Assembly: GCA_965223845.1 (NCBI GenBank)
Contig: CBDCXR010000004.1
Location: 2,176,001 to 2,240,000 of the forward strand
Reading direction: 5' to 3'
DNA: 64,000 nucleotides
Source: Planctomycetota bacterium
GTDB taxonomy: Bacteria; Planctomycetota; UBA8108; SXIK01
The notes beneath the pieces were generated by a model, which was not told the origin of the DNA, ran no database searches, and worked only from the letters and a program-made list of their open reading frames with translations. Shown here in pieces: positions 56,763 through 64,000 of the stretch. Within the stretch, counting starts at the first letter, position 1. Every line of letters begins with the position of its first letter. Position numbers and translations under genes: made by a program.

Positions 56763-57761
56763 TTACGTCTTCCTCTCGACGATATACCGGCCGATCGCAC
56801 GAAACGTGTCGCGCCCCTCCTCGGAGAGCGGCACATCGTCGATGATGCGATCGACCCTGTCGATGAGTTTTTGCGCCTCGCGCTCGGCGAACTCGAGCGC
56901 GCCCGTCCGCCGGTAGAACTCGATCGCCCACTCGATGTCGGACGCCGTCGTCTCTTCCCGAGGCTTGACGAGTATCGAACGCAGACGATCGCGCTCCTCA
57001 CCGGCTCCGCAGCTTCCGTCGAGAATGTACGCGTAGAAAATGCTCGGCTTTCCCTCGCGCAGATCGCAGCCGATCTCTCCTCCGCGCCCTTTCCCTTCCG
57101 TGAGATCGAGATGATCGTCGCGGATTTGAAACGCCGGCCCGAGGCAGCGCCCGAGCTCCCAGAGCGGGCCGAGGACCTCGTCCTCGACGCCTGCGATCAC
57201 CGCCCCGCCGACCCAGGGAAGCGCGAGGTAAAACGCGGTCTTGAGCTGGACGATCCGGTAGTACGTCTCGAGCGTGACGTCCGGGTTGCCCCGGAGATTG
57301 ATATCGAGCGCCTGCCCTTCGACGGTGCGCTCGAAAGTTTCGGTGAAGCTGTCGAGAAGAGACACCACCCGCTCCGCCGCCACCGGGCTCGAGAGAATCA
57401 GCCGGTACGCCTTCGCGATCAGGTAGTCGCCGACGTTGATGCCGTTCGCGAGTCCGACCCGGCACCAGAGCGTCGGTTGATCCCGCCGCATGGTGTCGCC
57501 GTCTTCGATGTCGTCGTGTACGAGGAAGAAGTTGTGCAGCACTTCCGTCGCAAGCGCAAACGGCAGCGCATCTTGTGATTTCCCCCCGAACGCCTCGCAA
57601 CTGATCAGGCAGAGCGCGGGGCGGATCCGCTTTCCCCCGCTCTCGAACTGATACCAAACTCCTTCCGAGAGAAACGCCGCGCTGTCGCGAGGGATTTCAC
57701 TCTCGAGGAGAGACTCGACACTGGCTGCGTGCCGCCGGAGGAGGGGCTTCAAGTCCACCAT
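56763..57761 (-). CDS. Short-chain trans-polyprenyl diphosphate synthase (FPPS/GGPPS)
   Basis: GGKRIRP, FFLVHDDIEDGD..RR, GQALD, KT, FQIRDDHLD, DLREGK; start set at 57761 because the ATG at 57770 overlaps the -10 box. Confidence 0.92.
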   Translation of the reverse strand: MVDLKPLLRRHAASVESLLESEIPRDSAAFLSEGVWYQFESGGKRIRPALCLISCEAFGGKSQDALPFALATEVLHNFFLVHDDIEDGDTMRRDQPTLWCRVGLANGINVGDYLIAKAYRLILSSPVAAERVVSLLDSFTETFERTVEGQALDINLRGNPDVTLETYYRIVQLKTAFYLALPWVGGAVIAGVEDEVLGPLWELGRCLGPAFQIRDDHLDLTEGKGRGGEIGCDLREGKPSIFYAYILDGSCGAGEERDRLRSILVKPREETTASDIEWAIEFYRRTGALEFAEREAQKLIDRVDRIIDDVPLSEEGRDTFRAIGRYIVERKT

Positions 57762-57768
57762 GGCCGGC

Positions 57769-57796
57769 ATTGTAGTGGGGTGGCAGGGACTGTCAA
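57769..57796 (-). promoter_or_regulatory. sigma70 promoter, probably giving a leaderless mRNA
   Basis: TTGACA-16 nt-TACAAT, then 7 nt to the ATG at 57761. Confidence 0.75.
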
Positions 57797-57813
57797 CGCG
57801 CCCGAGGGCCTGG

Positions 57814-57841
57814 TTGACGGCCCGCTAACCACCCGTAGAAT
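57814..57841 (+). promoter_or_regulatory. sigma70 promoter (divergent partner)
   Basis: TTGACG-16 nt-TAGAAT. Confidence 0.7.
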
Positions 57842-58128
57842 ATACCTTTGAACGAGGTGAGAAGCGTGAGTGGGTCTCCGTCCGAGACCGCCGCCGGTCT
57901 CGACGAGAGGGGATTCGACTCGAGAATGGCGCCGGAGAAGCTCGGCGTGAATCATCTTCTCGCCGGCCCTTCCGGATGTGTCTCGATCCGAGCCCTCAGC
58001 GTTTAGCGGATACACGAAAGCGAGTTCGGCTGACCGATGCGCGCCTTCTCGGGCGAGTCGATCAACTGAACCGCCGCGTGGTTTGACTTGGCTGCGGCCT
58101 GTTCTTCATTGCGGTCCGACGTGACTCC

Positions 58129-59592
58129 ATGCGAGTTCGCAGACTGACTCGATCCTTCGCGGAGCAGGTGGGAACCCGGTCGACTCGACTCGGTCGATCG
58201 AGCCCGCGTCGCGTCGTCGATATCGCTTCGGCGCGTCCCCGCGCGCGAGCCGCGCTCATGTCGGTGTTCGCGGCACTCGCGATCGGCCTGGCGTTCCCGT
58301 CGGCGGCGAACGCATTCGAGATCGAAGTGTCGCGCTTGACTCAGCGCGCCATCCGCATCGAACACGTCCGAGCGTCACGCCACGCGGACGAGATCATCGT
58401 CCCGATCCACGGCATCGAACCGGGTCACGCCGACGGTGTCGCGCTCACGATCGGATTCGATCCGTCGGTGCTCGTCTTTCGCGGGATCGTCGCCTCGGAC
58501 CTCTGGCCCACGCGCCAGATCGTCCTTCTCAATCAGAATCGGATCAAGCTGGTCGCGGAACGCTACGGCGGTCGGTCGGCACCGAACCCCGGCTCGGACG
58601 ACGTTCATCTCGTCTCGCTTCGCTTCGCGATCTCCCCTCGGCTCGACACGACGATCGAAGACGCTCTCGATGCCGACGTCTACCGCACGCCTCTGACCCT
58701 CGGCGGCGACGCGGAGGAGTCCTACTTTTACGCGTTCCGGGGCGTCAAGCGCGCAAAGCCTCTCGACCACCTGACGACAGCGCTTCGAACGGAGCGACTC
58801 GACGGCAGCGTGGCCGTTCATCTGCGCGACTCGGTCGAGCTCGGTTCCGGCATGGTGAGCCCCACCGCGCAGGAGATTGCCCTTCCCCTCTACCTGACTC
58901 AGCTCAAGCCGCAGGACGGGCCGCTCTTCGTCACGGTCGACTACGACCAGATCTTCTCCCGCTTCGACCGCGCCCTCTCGGTTCGTCCCCGCCTTGTCGG
59001 CGAGGCGTCCATCGGCGAGGAGACGGGACGAGTCACGCTCGTCTTCCACCTCGACGCCGAGGAGAGTGCGACCGGAGGGGTACGACCCATTCTCCGCGAG
59101 GCGATCGCGACGCTCTACTTCAAGTACTTCGGCAACACTCCGGAGTCCGGTTCGCTCGAATTCCAGGCAGCGCTTCTCGGTGACGAGGAGGGGCTCGACG
59201 ATGCCGCGAAGGGAGTCGCCGGCGGGCGCGTCGTTGTCTCGATGCGTCACTCGCAGGTGTACGTCCTCTCCCCGTACTACGTCCGCGGAAACGTCGATGC
59301 GAGCGATCCCCTCGGACCGGATGGCCGATTCCGCTCACCGCTCCGGCTCGTCGACGCGACGATGATCCTCGAGTACCTCACCGGCGGACTCTCCGCGCTC
59401 CCCTGCGCCGCTGCGGCGGACGTCAACGCGAGCGGCGGCGTCGACGTGTCCGATGCGGTTCATCTCCTCACGCATCTCTTCGCGCGTGGAGCGGCTCCGG
59501 CGGCGCCGTACCCGGAGCCGGGCTGGCTCGCCGACGAAGAAACCGACCTCGAGTGCGAGAATTCACTCTCGTACTACTCGCTCATCGACTAG
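58129..59592 (+). CDS. Secreted protein with cohesin-like beta-sandwich region(s) and a C-terminal dockerin-like domain
   Basis: Signal peptide ending AANA; DGVALTIGFDPSVL, LVSLRF, VTVDYD, IATLYF; YVRGNVDASD..LPCAAAADVNASGGVDVSD..APYP; alternative start 58258. Confidence 0.75.
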   Translation: MRVRRLTRSFAEQVGTRSTRLGRSSPRRVVDIASARPRARAALMSVFAALAIGLAFPSAANAFEIEVSRLTQRAIRIEHVRASRHADEIIVPIHGIEPGHADGVALTIGFDPSVLVFRGIVASDLWPTRQIVLLNQNRIKLVAERYGGRSAPNPGSDDVHLVSLRFAISPRLDTTIEDALDADVYRTPLTLGGDAEESYFYAFRGVKRAKPLDHLTTALRTERLDGSVAVHLRDSVELGSGMVSPTAQEIALPLYLTQLKPQDGPLFVTVDYDQIFSRFDRALSVRPRLVGEASIGEETGRVTLVFHLDAEESATGGVRPILREAIATLYFKYFGNTPESGSLEFQAALLGDEEGLDDAAKGVAGGRVVVSMRHSQVYVLSPYYVRGNVDASDPLGPDGRFRSPLRLVDATMILEYLTGGLSALPCAAAADVNASGGVDVSDAVHLLTHLFARGAAPAAPYPEPGWLADEETDLECENSLSYYSLID

Positions 59593-59694
59593 GGCGAGCC
59601 GAGAAGCTCCGTCGCACGCCTCCGGACGGCCGCATCCGATCAATCCTGCATCGAGTTTCGGCTGAAGCGGCCCGCTCCATGCGCGTCTCGGGCG

Positions 59695-60438
59695 TTACTC
59701 GAGAATCTGCTCGAGTCCGTAGTACAGGCGGTCGAGTCCGACGACCTTCCGAACCGCGAGCACGACGCCCGGCATGAACGATTCGCGGTGGAGCGAATCG
59801 TGGCGAATCGACAGCGACTGACCGGTCCCTCCGAAGAGGACCTCCTCGTGCGCGACGTAACCCGGTAGCCGCACGCTGTGGACCGGGACGCCCAGGTACC
59901 GGCCGCCGCGGGCGCCGTCGATCGTTTCCCGCTCGTCCGGATTCCGCGGCGCCTCGACGTCCGTTGCCGCTCGAATGAGCTCGATCGTCTTCAGCGCCGT
60001 TCCGGACGGCGCGTCGAGTTTTTTGTCGTGGTGCAGCTCGATGACTTCGACCGAGGGGAAGTACTTAGCTGCCTCCGCGGCGAACTTCATGAGGAGCACG
60101 GCTCCGATCGCGAAATTCGGTGCGATCAGGCCGCCCAGGCGACGTTCGGCGCTCATGCGCTCGAGGGTCGCGATATCCTCCTGGGTGAATCCGGTCGTGC
60201 CGATCACCGGATGAACGCCCGCTGTGATGATCGCGCGCGCGTTCGCCATCGCCGAGTCCGGCTGCGTAAAGTCGACGACGACCCGCGCTCGCGTCGATGC
60301 GATCGCCGCGGAAAGGTCATCGCCGAGGTCGATGGCGCCGGCGAGATCGAGTCCGTCGGCCTCTTCCACCGCACGAACGACCTCCGTCCCCATCCGGCCC
60401 TTCGCTCCACTCACTAGCACTCGAATCGCGTTGCTCAT
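59695..60438 (-). CDS. dapB: 4-hydroxy-tetrahydrodipicolinate reductase
   Basis: GAKGRMG, VDFT, GTTG, APNFAIG, ELHHDKKLDAPSGTA. Confidence 0.96.
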   Translation of the reverse strand: MSNAIRVLVSGAKGRMGTEVVRAVEEADGLDLAGAIDLGDDLSAAIASTRARVVVDFTQPDSAMANARAIITAGVHPVIGTTGFTQEDIATLERMSAERRLGGLIAPNFAIGAVLLMKFAAEAAKYFPSVEVIELHHDKKLDAPSGTALKTIELIRAATDVEAPRNPDERETIDGARGGRYLGVPVHSVRLPGYVAHEEVLFGGTGQSLSIRHDSLHRESFMPGVVLAVRKVVGLDRLYYGLEQILE

Positions 60439-61253
60439 GAGGCCAACTCTCCGGTCGCGGCGTCATCGGTTCCGCACGCGGTGCGCCGCGCGCGGCCGAC
60501 GATCATACCAGCGGCGCACGTCGAGTCACGCGCGAACCACCGTTCGGCCCTCGGCCGCAAGACAAAAGTGAGAGAGGCCCCGCACGGAGGAGATTGCCCG
60601 ACCCACCGCTGAACCAAATGGCACCTCGCTAGTGAAAGGTAGAACCACTACGCAATGCTTCCCTTCGCAACCGAACGCCGACGATACGGTCGGCGCTGCC
60701 TCTCTGGCTCCGCGAGACCTCCCTCACTTCGCGTTCGTTCGTCTGTTCGCATCGGAACCGCCCGCTGCGCCGCGCAGAAACTCGACTCTACCGAGGGACG
60801 AGGGTCGAATCCCGTGCGCGTAAGGGCCGCGCGTGCACGACGGGCCTTGAGCATCACCTCCTTTCGAGTCTCCACCGGCACCATCCGAGTCGCCGGGGGA
60901 CTCCGTTGGCGACGGTGCTGCGTGTCGAGGAGCGGACTTCGCAAACGGGCGGCCAACGGCTTCGTGCGTCGCAAAAGCGGCTTGTTCGTGCTCTCCGAAC
61001 GCGTACGCGCGGTCGTGCGCGGAGCGTCGGAGCGCCGACGTAGGGTCCATCCTCGCGACGTGCACGTCCCTCTGAGCACGGAGAGCGGCCGCGACTTCCT
61101 CGGCCTGACAACGGGCCCGAGTCGCCGGGGGAAGACGCAACTGATCGCGCGTGCGCGATCAAGGTGATCGGGATCCGATCAGTGCGCCGCCGCATCACCG
61201 CGGGTCGCTTGCGCCGCTGGAGAACGAGCGGGCTCCGCGCTACAATCCGCGAC

Positions 61254-62108
61254 ATGGACCGCGTGCTCGGAGAGATGCGCCAGCTCGTCGAAGTCGTCGA
61301 TCGTCTGCGAGGTCCGGGCGGCTGCCCCTGGGACCAACAACAGACGCTCGCCGACATGGCGCGCCATATGACCGAAGAGGTCGCTGAAGTTGCCGATGCC
61401 GTCGAAGAGGACGGCGGGACCGCTTCCCCGGCGGTAGCGGAGGAGCTCGGCGACGTCCTCATGAACGTGCTCCTCGCCGCGCGCATCGGCTCGGAGACGG
61501 GTGGATTCGACCTCGGCACGGTCGCCGCAGGCATTCGCGAAAAACTCGTTCGACGCCACCCCCACGTCTTCGGGGACACCGAGGTCGACAGCGTCGACGA
61601 CGTCCTCACGAACTGGGAGGCGATCAAGGCGAGCGAGAAAACGGCGACGCCATCCGGCCGTCTGAGTCGCGTTCCGCGGAGCCTCGCGCCGCTGGCACGC
61701 GCGCACGAGCTTTCGAAGGCCGCAGCGCGCGTCGGCTTCGACTGGCCGAACGCGCAGGGCACTCTCGACAAGGTGCGCGAGGAGCTCGAGGAGGTGTCGT
61801 CCCTCATCGACGCCGAGTCCGGTTCGATCCCCGCGGGCGAAACGTCGGCGGCGGTCACCGCGGAGCTCCAGAGCGAGCTCGGCGATCTTCTGTTCGCCGT
61901 CGCAAACCTTTGCCGGAAGCTCGGCGTGCGACCGGACGACGCGCTACGCACGACGCTAAAGAAATTCGAGCGGCGGTTCCGTGCAATCGAGGAGCGGTTC
62001 CCCGATCCGTCGCGGCAGACGCTCGATGAGCTCGAGGCGGTGTGGGAGGAGGCGAAGCTCGCCGAGCGCTCCTCCGCGCCGGCTCCCCCAGGAGAGACGA
62101 GCGAATGA
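61254..62108 (+). CDS. mazG: Nucleoside triphosphate pyrophosphohydrolase MazG
   Basis: LRGPGGCPWD, EEVAE, EELGD, KLVRRHPHVF, GFDW, ELGDLLF; TACAAT 7 nt before the ATG. Confidence 0.95.
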   Translation: MDRVLGEMRQLVEVVDRLRGPGGCPWDQQQTLADMARHMTEEVAEVADAVEEDGGTASPAVAEELGDVLMNVLLAARIGSETGGFDLGTVAAGIREKLVRRHPHVFGDTEVDSVDDVLTNWEAIKASEKTATPSGRLSRVPRSLAPLARAHELSKAAARVGFDWPNAQGTLDKVREELEEVSSLIDAESGSIPAGETSAAVTAELQSELGDLLFAVANLCRKLGVRPDDALRTTLKKFERRFRAIEERFPDPSRQTLDELEAVWEEAKLAERSSAPAPPGETSE

Positions 62109-63142
62109 ACGTTTCCGCGGCCGGAGGCCCGAGCGTACGAGAGCGCCCCACCGGCGGCGACGTCCACCGCGTCGGCGCCGATCTCCGCGCGCTCCGCACG
62201 GAGCTCGCAGCGCGTATCGTCGGCCAGGAGGCCGTCATCACCGAGGTGCTCGCCGCGCTCCTCGTCGAGGGCCACTGCCTCGTCGTCGGCGTACCCGGTC
62301 TCGCAAAGACTCTACTTGTGAGCTCGATCGGCGAGCTTCTCGGGCTCGAGTTTCGGCGAATTCAGTTCACTCCGGACCTCATGCCGTCCGACATCACCGG
62401 CACTTCGGTTATCGCCGAGCGGGACGGCACGCGGGACTACCAGTTTCTCCGCGGGCCGATCTTCGCGAACTTGATTCTCGCCGACGAGATCAATCGCACG
62501 CCGCCGAAGACGCAGGCTGCGCTCATGGAAGCCATGGAAGAGCGCCAAGTCTCGGCGAGCGGCCGTCGCCATCGACTCGACCGGCCGTTCTTCGTTCTCG
62601 CGACGCAGAACCCCATCGAGCAGCGCGGAACCTATCCCCTCCCGATCTCGCAACTCGATCGCTTTCTCTTCAACGTGCTCATCGACTATCCCGAGCGCGA
62701 CGAAGAGTTCGACGTCCTCGTTCGCACGACGTCGGAATATCGCGCGAAGCCCTCGCGTTGTTTCGAGCGTGACGACGTCGTCCGCTGGATCGAAACCGGC
62801 CGCACCGTTCGTACGCCAGAGCCCGTTGTCCAGTACGCCGCCGCGCTCGCGCGCGCGACACGGCCGGAGGATGCCTCCTCGCCCCCGACTCTCCGATCGA
62901 AGCTGACGGCGGGGGCCGGCCCACGCGCGGCGCAGGCGCTCATCGCAGGCGCCCGGGCGATCGCGCTCATGGACGGACGCGGCGAGGCGAGGACGGACGA
63001 TGTGCGAACGATCGCTCTCCCTACACTCCGCCATCGAGTTCTTCTCAGCTACCACTCGAGCGCCGAGGGACTGAGCCCGGATGACCTCGTGCGGCAGGTG
63101 ATCGCGCACGTGGACGGTGGCGGCGACGGCGGCGCTCGGTAG
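62105..63142 (+). CDS. moxR: MoxR-family AAA+ ATPase
   Basis: IVGQ, GVPGLAKT, RIQFTPDLMPSD, DEINR.PPKTQ.AL, ATQNPIE, DRF. Confidence 0.93.
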   Translation: MNVSAAGGPSVRERPTGGDVHRVGADLRALRTELAARIVGQEAVITEVLAALLVEGHCLVVGVPGLAKTLLVSSIGELLGLEFRRIQFTPDLMPSDITGTSVIAERDGTRDYQFLRGPIFANLILADEINRTPPKTQAALMEAMEERQVSASGRRHRLDRPFFVLATQNPIEQRGTYPLPISQLDRFLFNVLIDYPERDEEFDVLVRTTSEYRAKPSRCFERDDVVRWIETGRTVRTPEPVVQYAAALARATRPEDASSPPTLRSKLTAGAGPRAAQALIAGARAIALMDGRGEARTDDVRTIALPTLRHRVLLSYHSSAEGLSPDDLVRQVIAHVDGGGDGGAR

Positions 63143-63237
63143 CTCGCGCGCCGGGGTCTGCGAGGTCGGCTCGATCGGGAGGGAGACTTGAGAGCGGTTC
63201 TTCCCAACGTGCGGCTTAAGGAATCCGGGAGTTCATC

Positions 63238-63687
63238 GTGCACCGCCTCGTCCGATTTCTGCTCATCACGATCGTATCGGGCGCGCTTCTGTTCCTCTTC
63301 TTGGCGGGGATCACGCTCCCGCTGCTCATCGACCCGTTTCCCCCGAGAGAACAAGGGACGGTTCCGTTTTCGGGCGAGAAGGTCCGATGGAGAGGCGGTG
63401 TGGTCGGATTGTGTGACTACAGCACGTACCCCGGCGGCTACGACTGGCAGGTCGAATGGGTCGGGGATGACGGCGAGCGGAAAGTCCTTCTCCACATCGG
63501 GGACGACAACACTCCGCTGATTCGAGTCGGGAGGAGCCGCGAGTTGCGCGTCTATTTCCGTCGAAGGATTTCGAGCGCTCACAGCGACAACGTTCCGATG
63601 CTCGCCGTGTTTGAGGACTTCGATCACGGCCCCGTGCTCGCAAAAGCTAAAGAACGCCGCCACGCGATCTGTCTCCCTCGACCGTGA
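63238..63687 (+). CDS. Hypothetical membrane-anchored protein
   Basis: GGGAG RBS, N-terminal TM, protein-like composition. Confidence 0.55.
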   Translation: MHRLVRFLLITIVSGALLFLFLAGITLPLLIDPFPPREQGTVPFSGEKVRWRGGVVGLCDYSTYPGGYDWQVEWVGDDGERKVLLHIGDDNTPLIRVGRSRELRVYFRRRISSAHSDNVPMLAVFEDFDHGPVLAKAKERRHAICLPRP

Positions 63688-63724
63688 GAGCTCGAGCACG
63701 TCCGTTCGACGGAGTCCGTTGCCG

Positions 63725-63745
63725 TTGCCACACTCTGTGTGGCGA
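63725..63745. terminator. Hairpin between convergent genes
   Basis: TTGCCACAC-TCT-GTGTGGCGA; no strong T run. Confidence 0.35.
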
Positions 63746-63768
63746 GCCGTGTTTCCAGGGATGGCTCT

Positions 63769-63999
63769 CTAGGAGTCTTCCTCTTCTTGTTCTCCCTCGA
63801 CGCCCTCGTCCGTCGTCGTCTCGTGATCTCGGCGGGACGATCCGACCTTGAACGCGGTCACGATGCCGAGCAGCGCAAAGATGAGATCGATGGGACTCAG
63901 GTTGCTGACCACCAGATCGACCAGGGAAATCTCCTCGGCGGCGTCAGCGCGAATCTGCAACACCTCTTCGCTCTTCAACCAAGTTTCGAGGTCCGGTTT
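63769..63999 (-). CDS. 3' end of a membrane protein (truncated by the window)
   Basis: Frame open to the window end; SPIDLIFALLGIVTAFKVG TM and acidic tail. Confidence 0.65.
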   Translation of the reverse strand, partial: KPDLETWLKSEEVLQIRADAAEEISLVDLVVSNLSPIDLIFALLGIVTAFKVGSSRRDHETTTDEGVEGEQEEEDS

Positions 64000-64000
64000 C

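Noticed and set aside
60439-60700. Lysine riboswitch upstream of dapB
   Set aside because: Only a GAGGTGC-like word; other conserved elements and helices not found.
60853-60865. 16S rRNA fragment
   Set aside because: Only the 13 nt anti-SD word matches; upstream helix 45 sequence is absent.
1-64000. Hundreds of long overlapping Arg/Ser/Pro-rich ORFs in the six-frame track (e.g. 47682-49946 +, 50576-52399 +, 60854-62275 -)
   Set aside because: Shadow frames of real genes in high-GC DNA; no recognisable motifs.

Overview
High-GC bacterial chromosomal segment, most likely from an uncultured Planctomycetota lineage. This is inferred from the combination of a CRTAC1/ASPIC-UnbV protein, a PQQ-propeller 'WQRFRGP' protein, 'FxRGDxNxDG' dockerin-like proteins, a kinase-TPR-sigma54 activator, a double-length UvrA and an AroD-AroE fusion. 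About 52 CDS are present, mostly housekeeping and envelope genes: PPi-PFK, uppP, a complete mreB-mreC-mreD-pbp2-rodA cluster, ribE, aroDE, uvrA, ddl, a prenyltransferase, dapB, mazG and moxR. I recognised no rRNA, tRNA, CRISPR array, transposase or phage gene. Most notable signals: (1) a 1.37 kb gene-free region (5428-6803) with several structured RNA candidates and intrinsic terminators, one a G-rich ~190 nt unit behind a sigma54-like promoter; (2) a near-perfect orphan sigma54 promoter at 8709-8724 with no gene to drive, facing the 3' end of a giant kinase-TPR-sigma54 activator, which together with (1) suggests a kinase/sigma54/sRNA circuit; (3) a histone-H1-like tail fused to a DksA/TraR domain; (4) dockerin-cohesin-dockerin and cohesin-cohesin-dockerin secreted proteins with no recognisable catalytic domain; (5) a XerCD dif-like 28-mer at 30249-30276; (6) an AT-rich nested-palindrome island at 27451-27579. 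All calls come from reading motifs by eye; no searches or folding programs were run.
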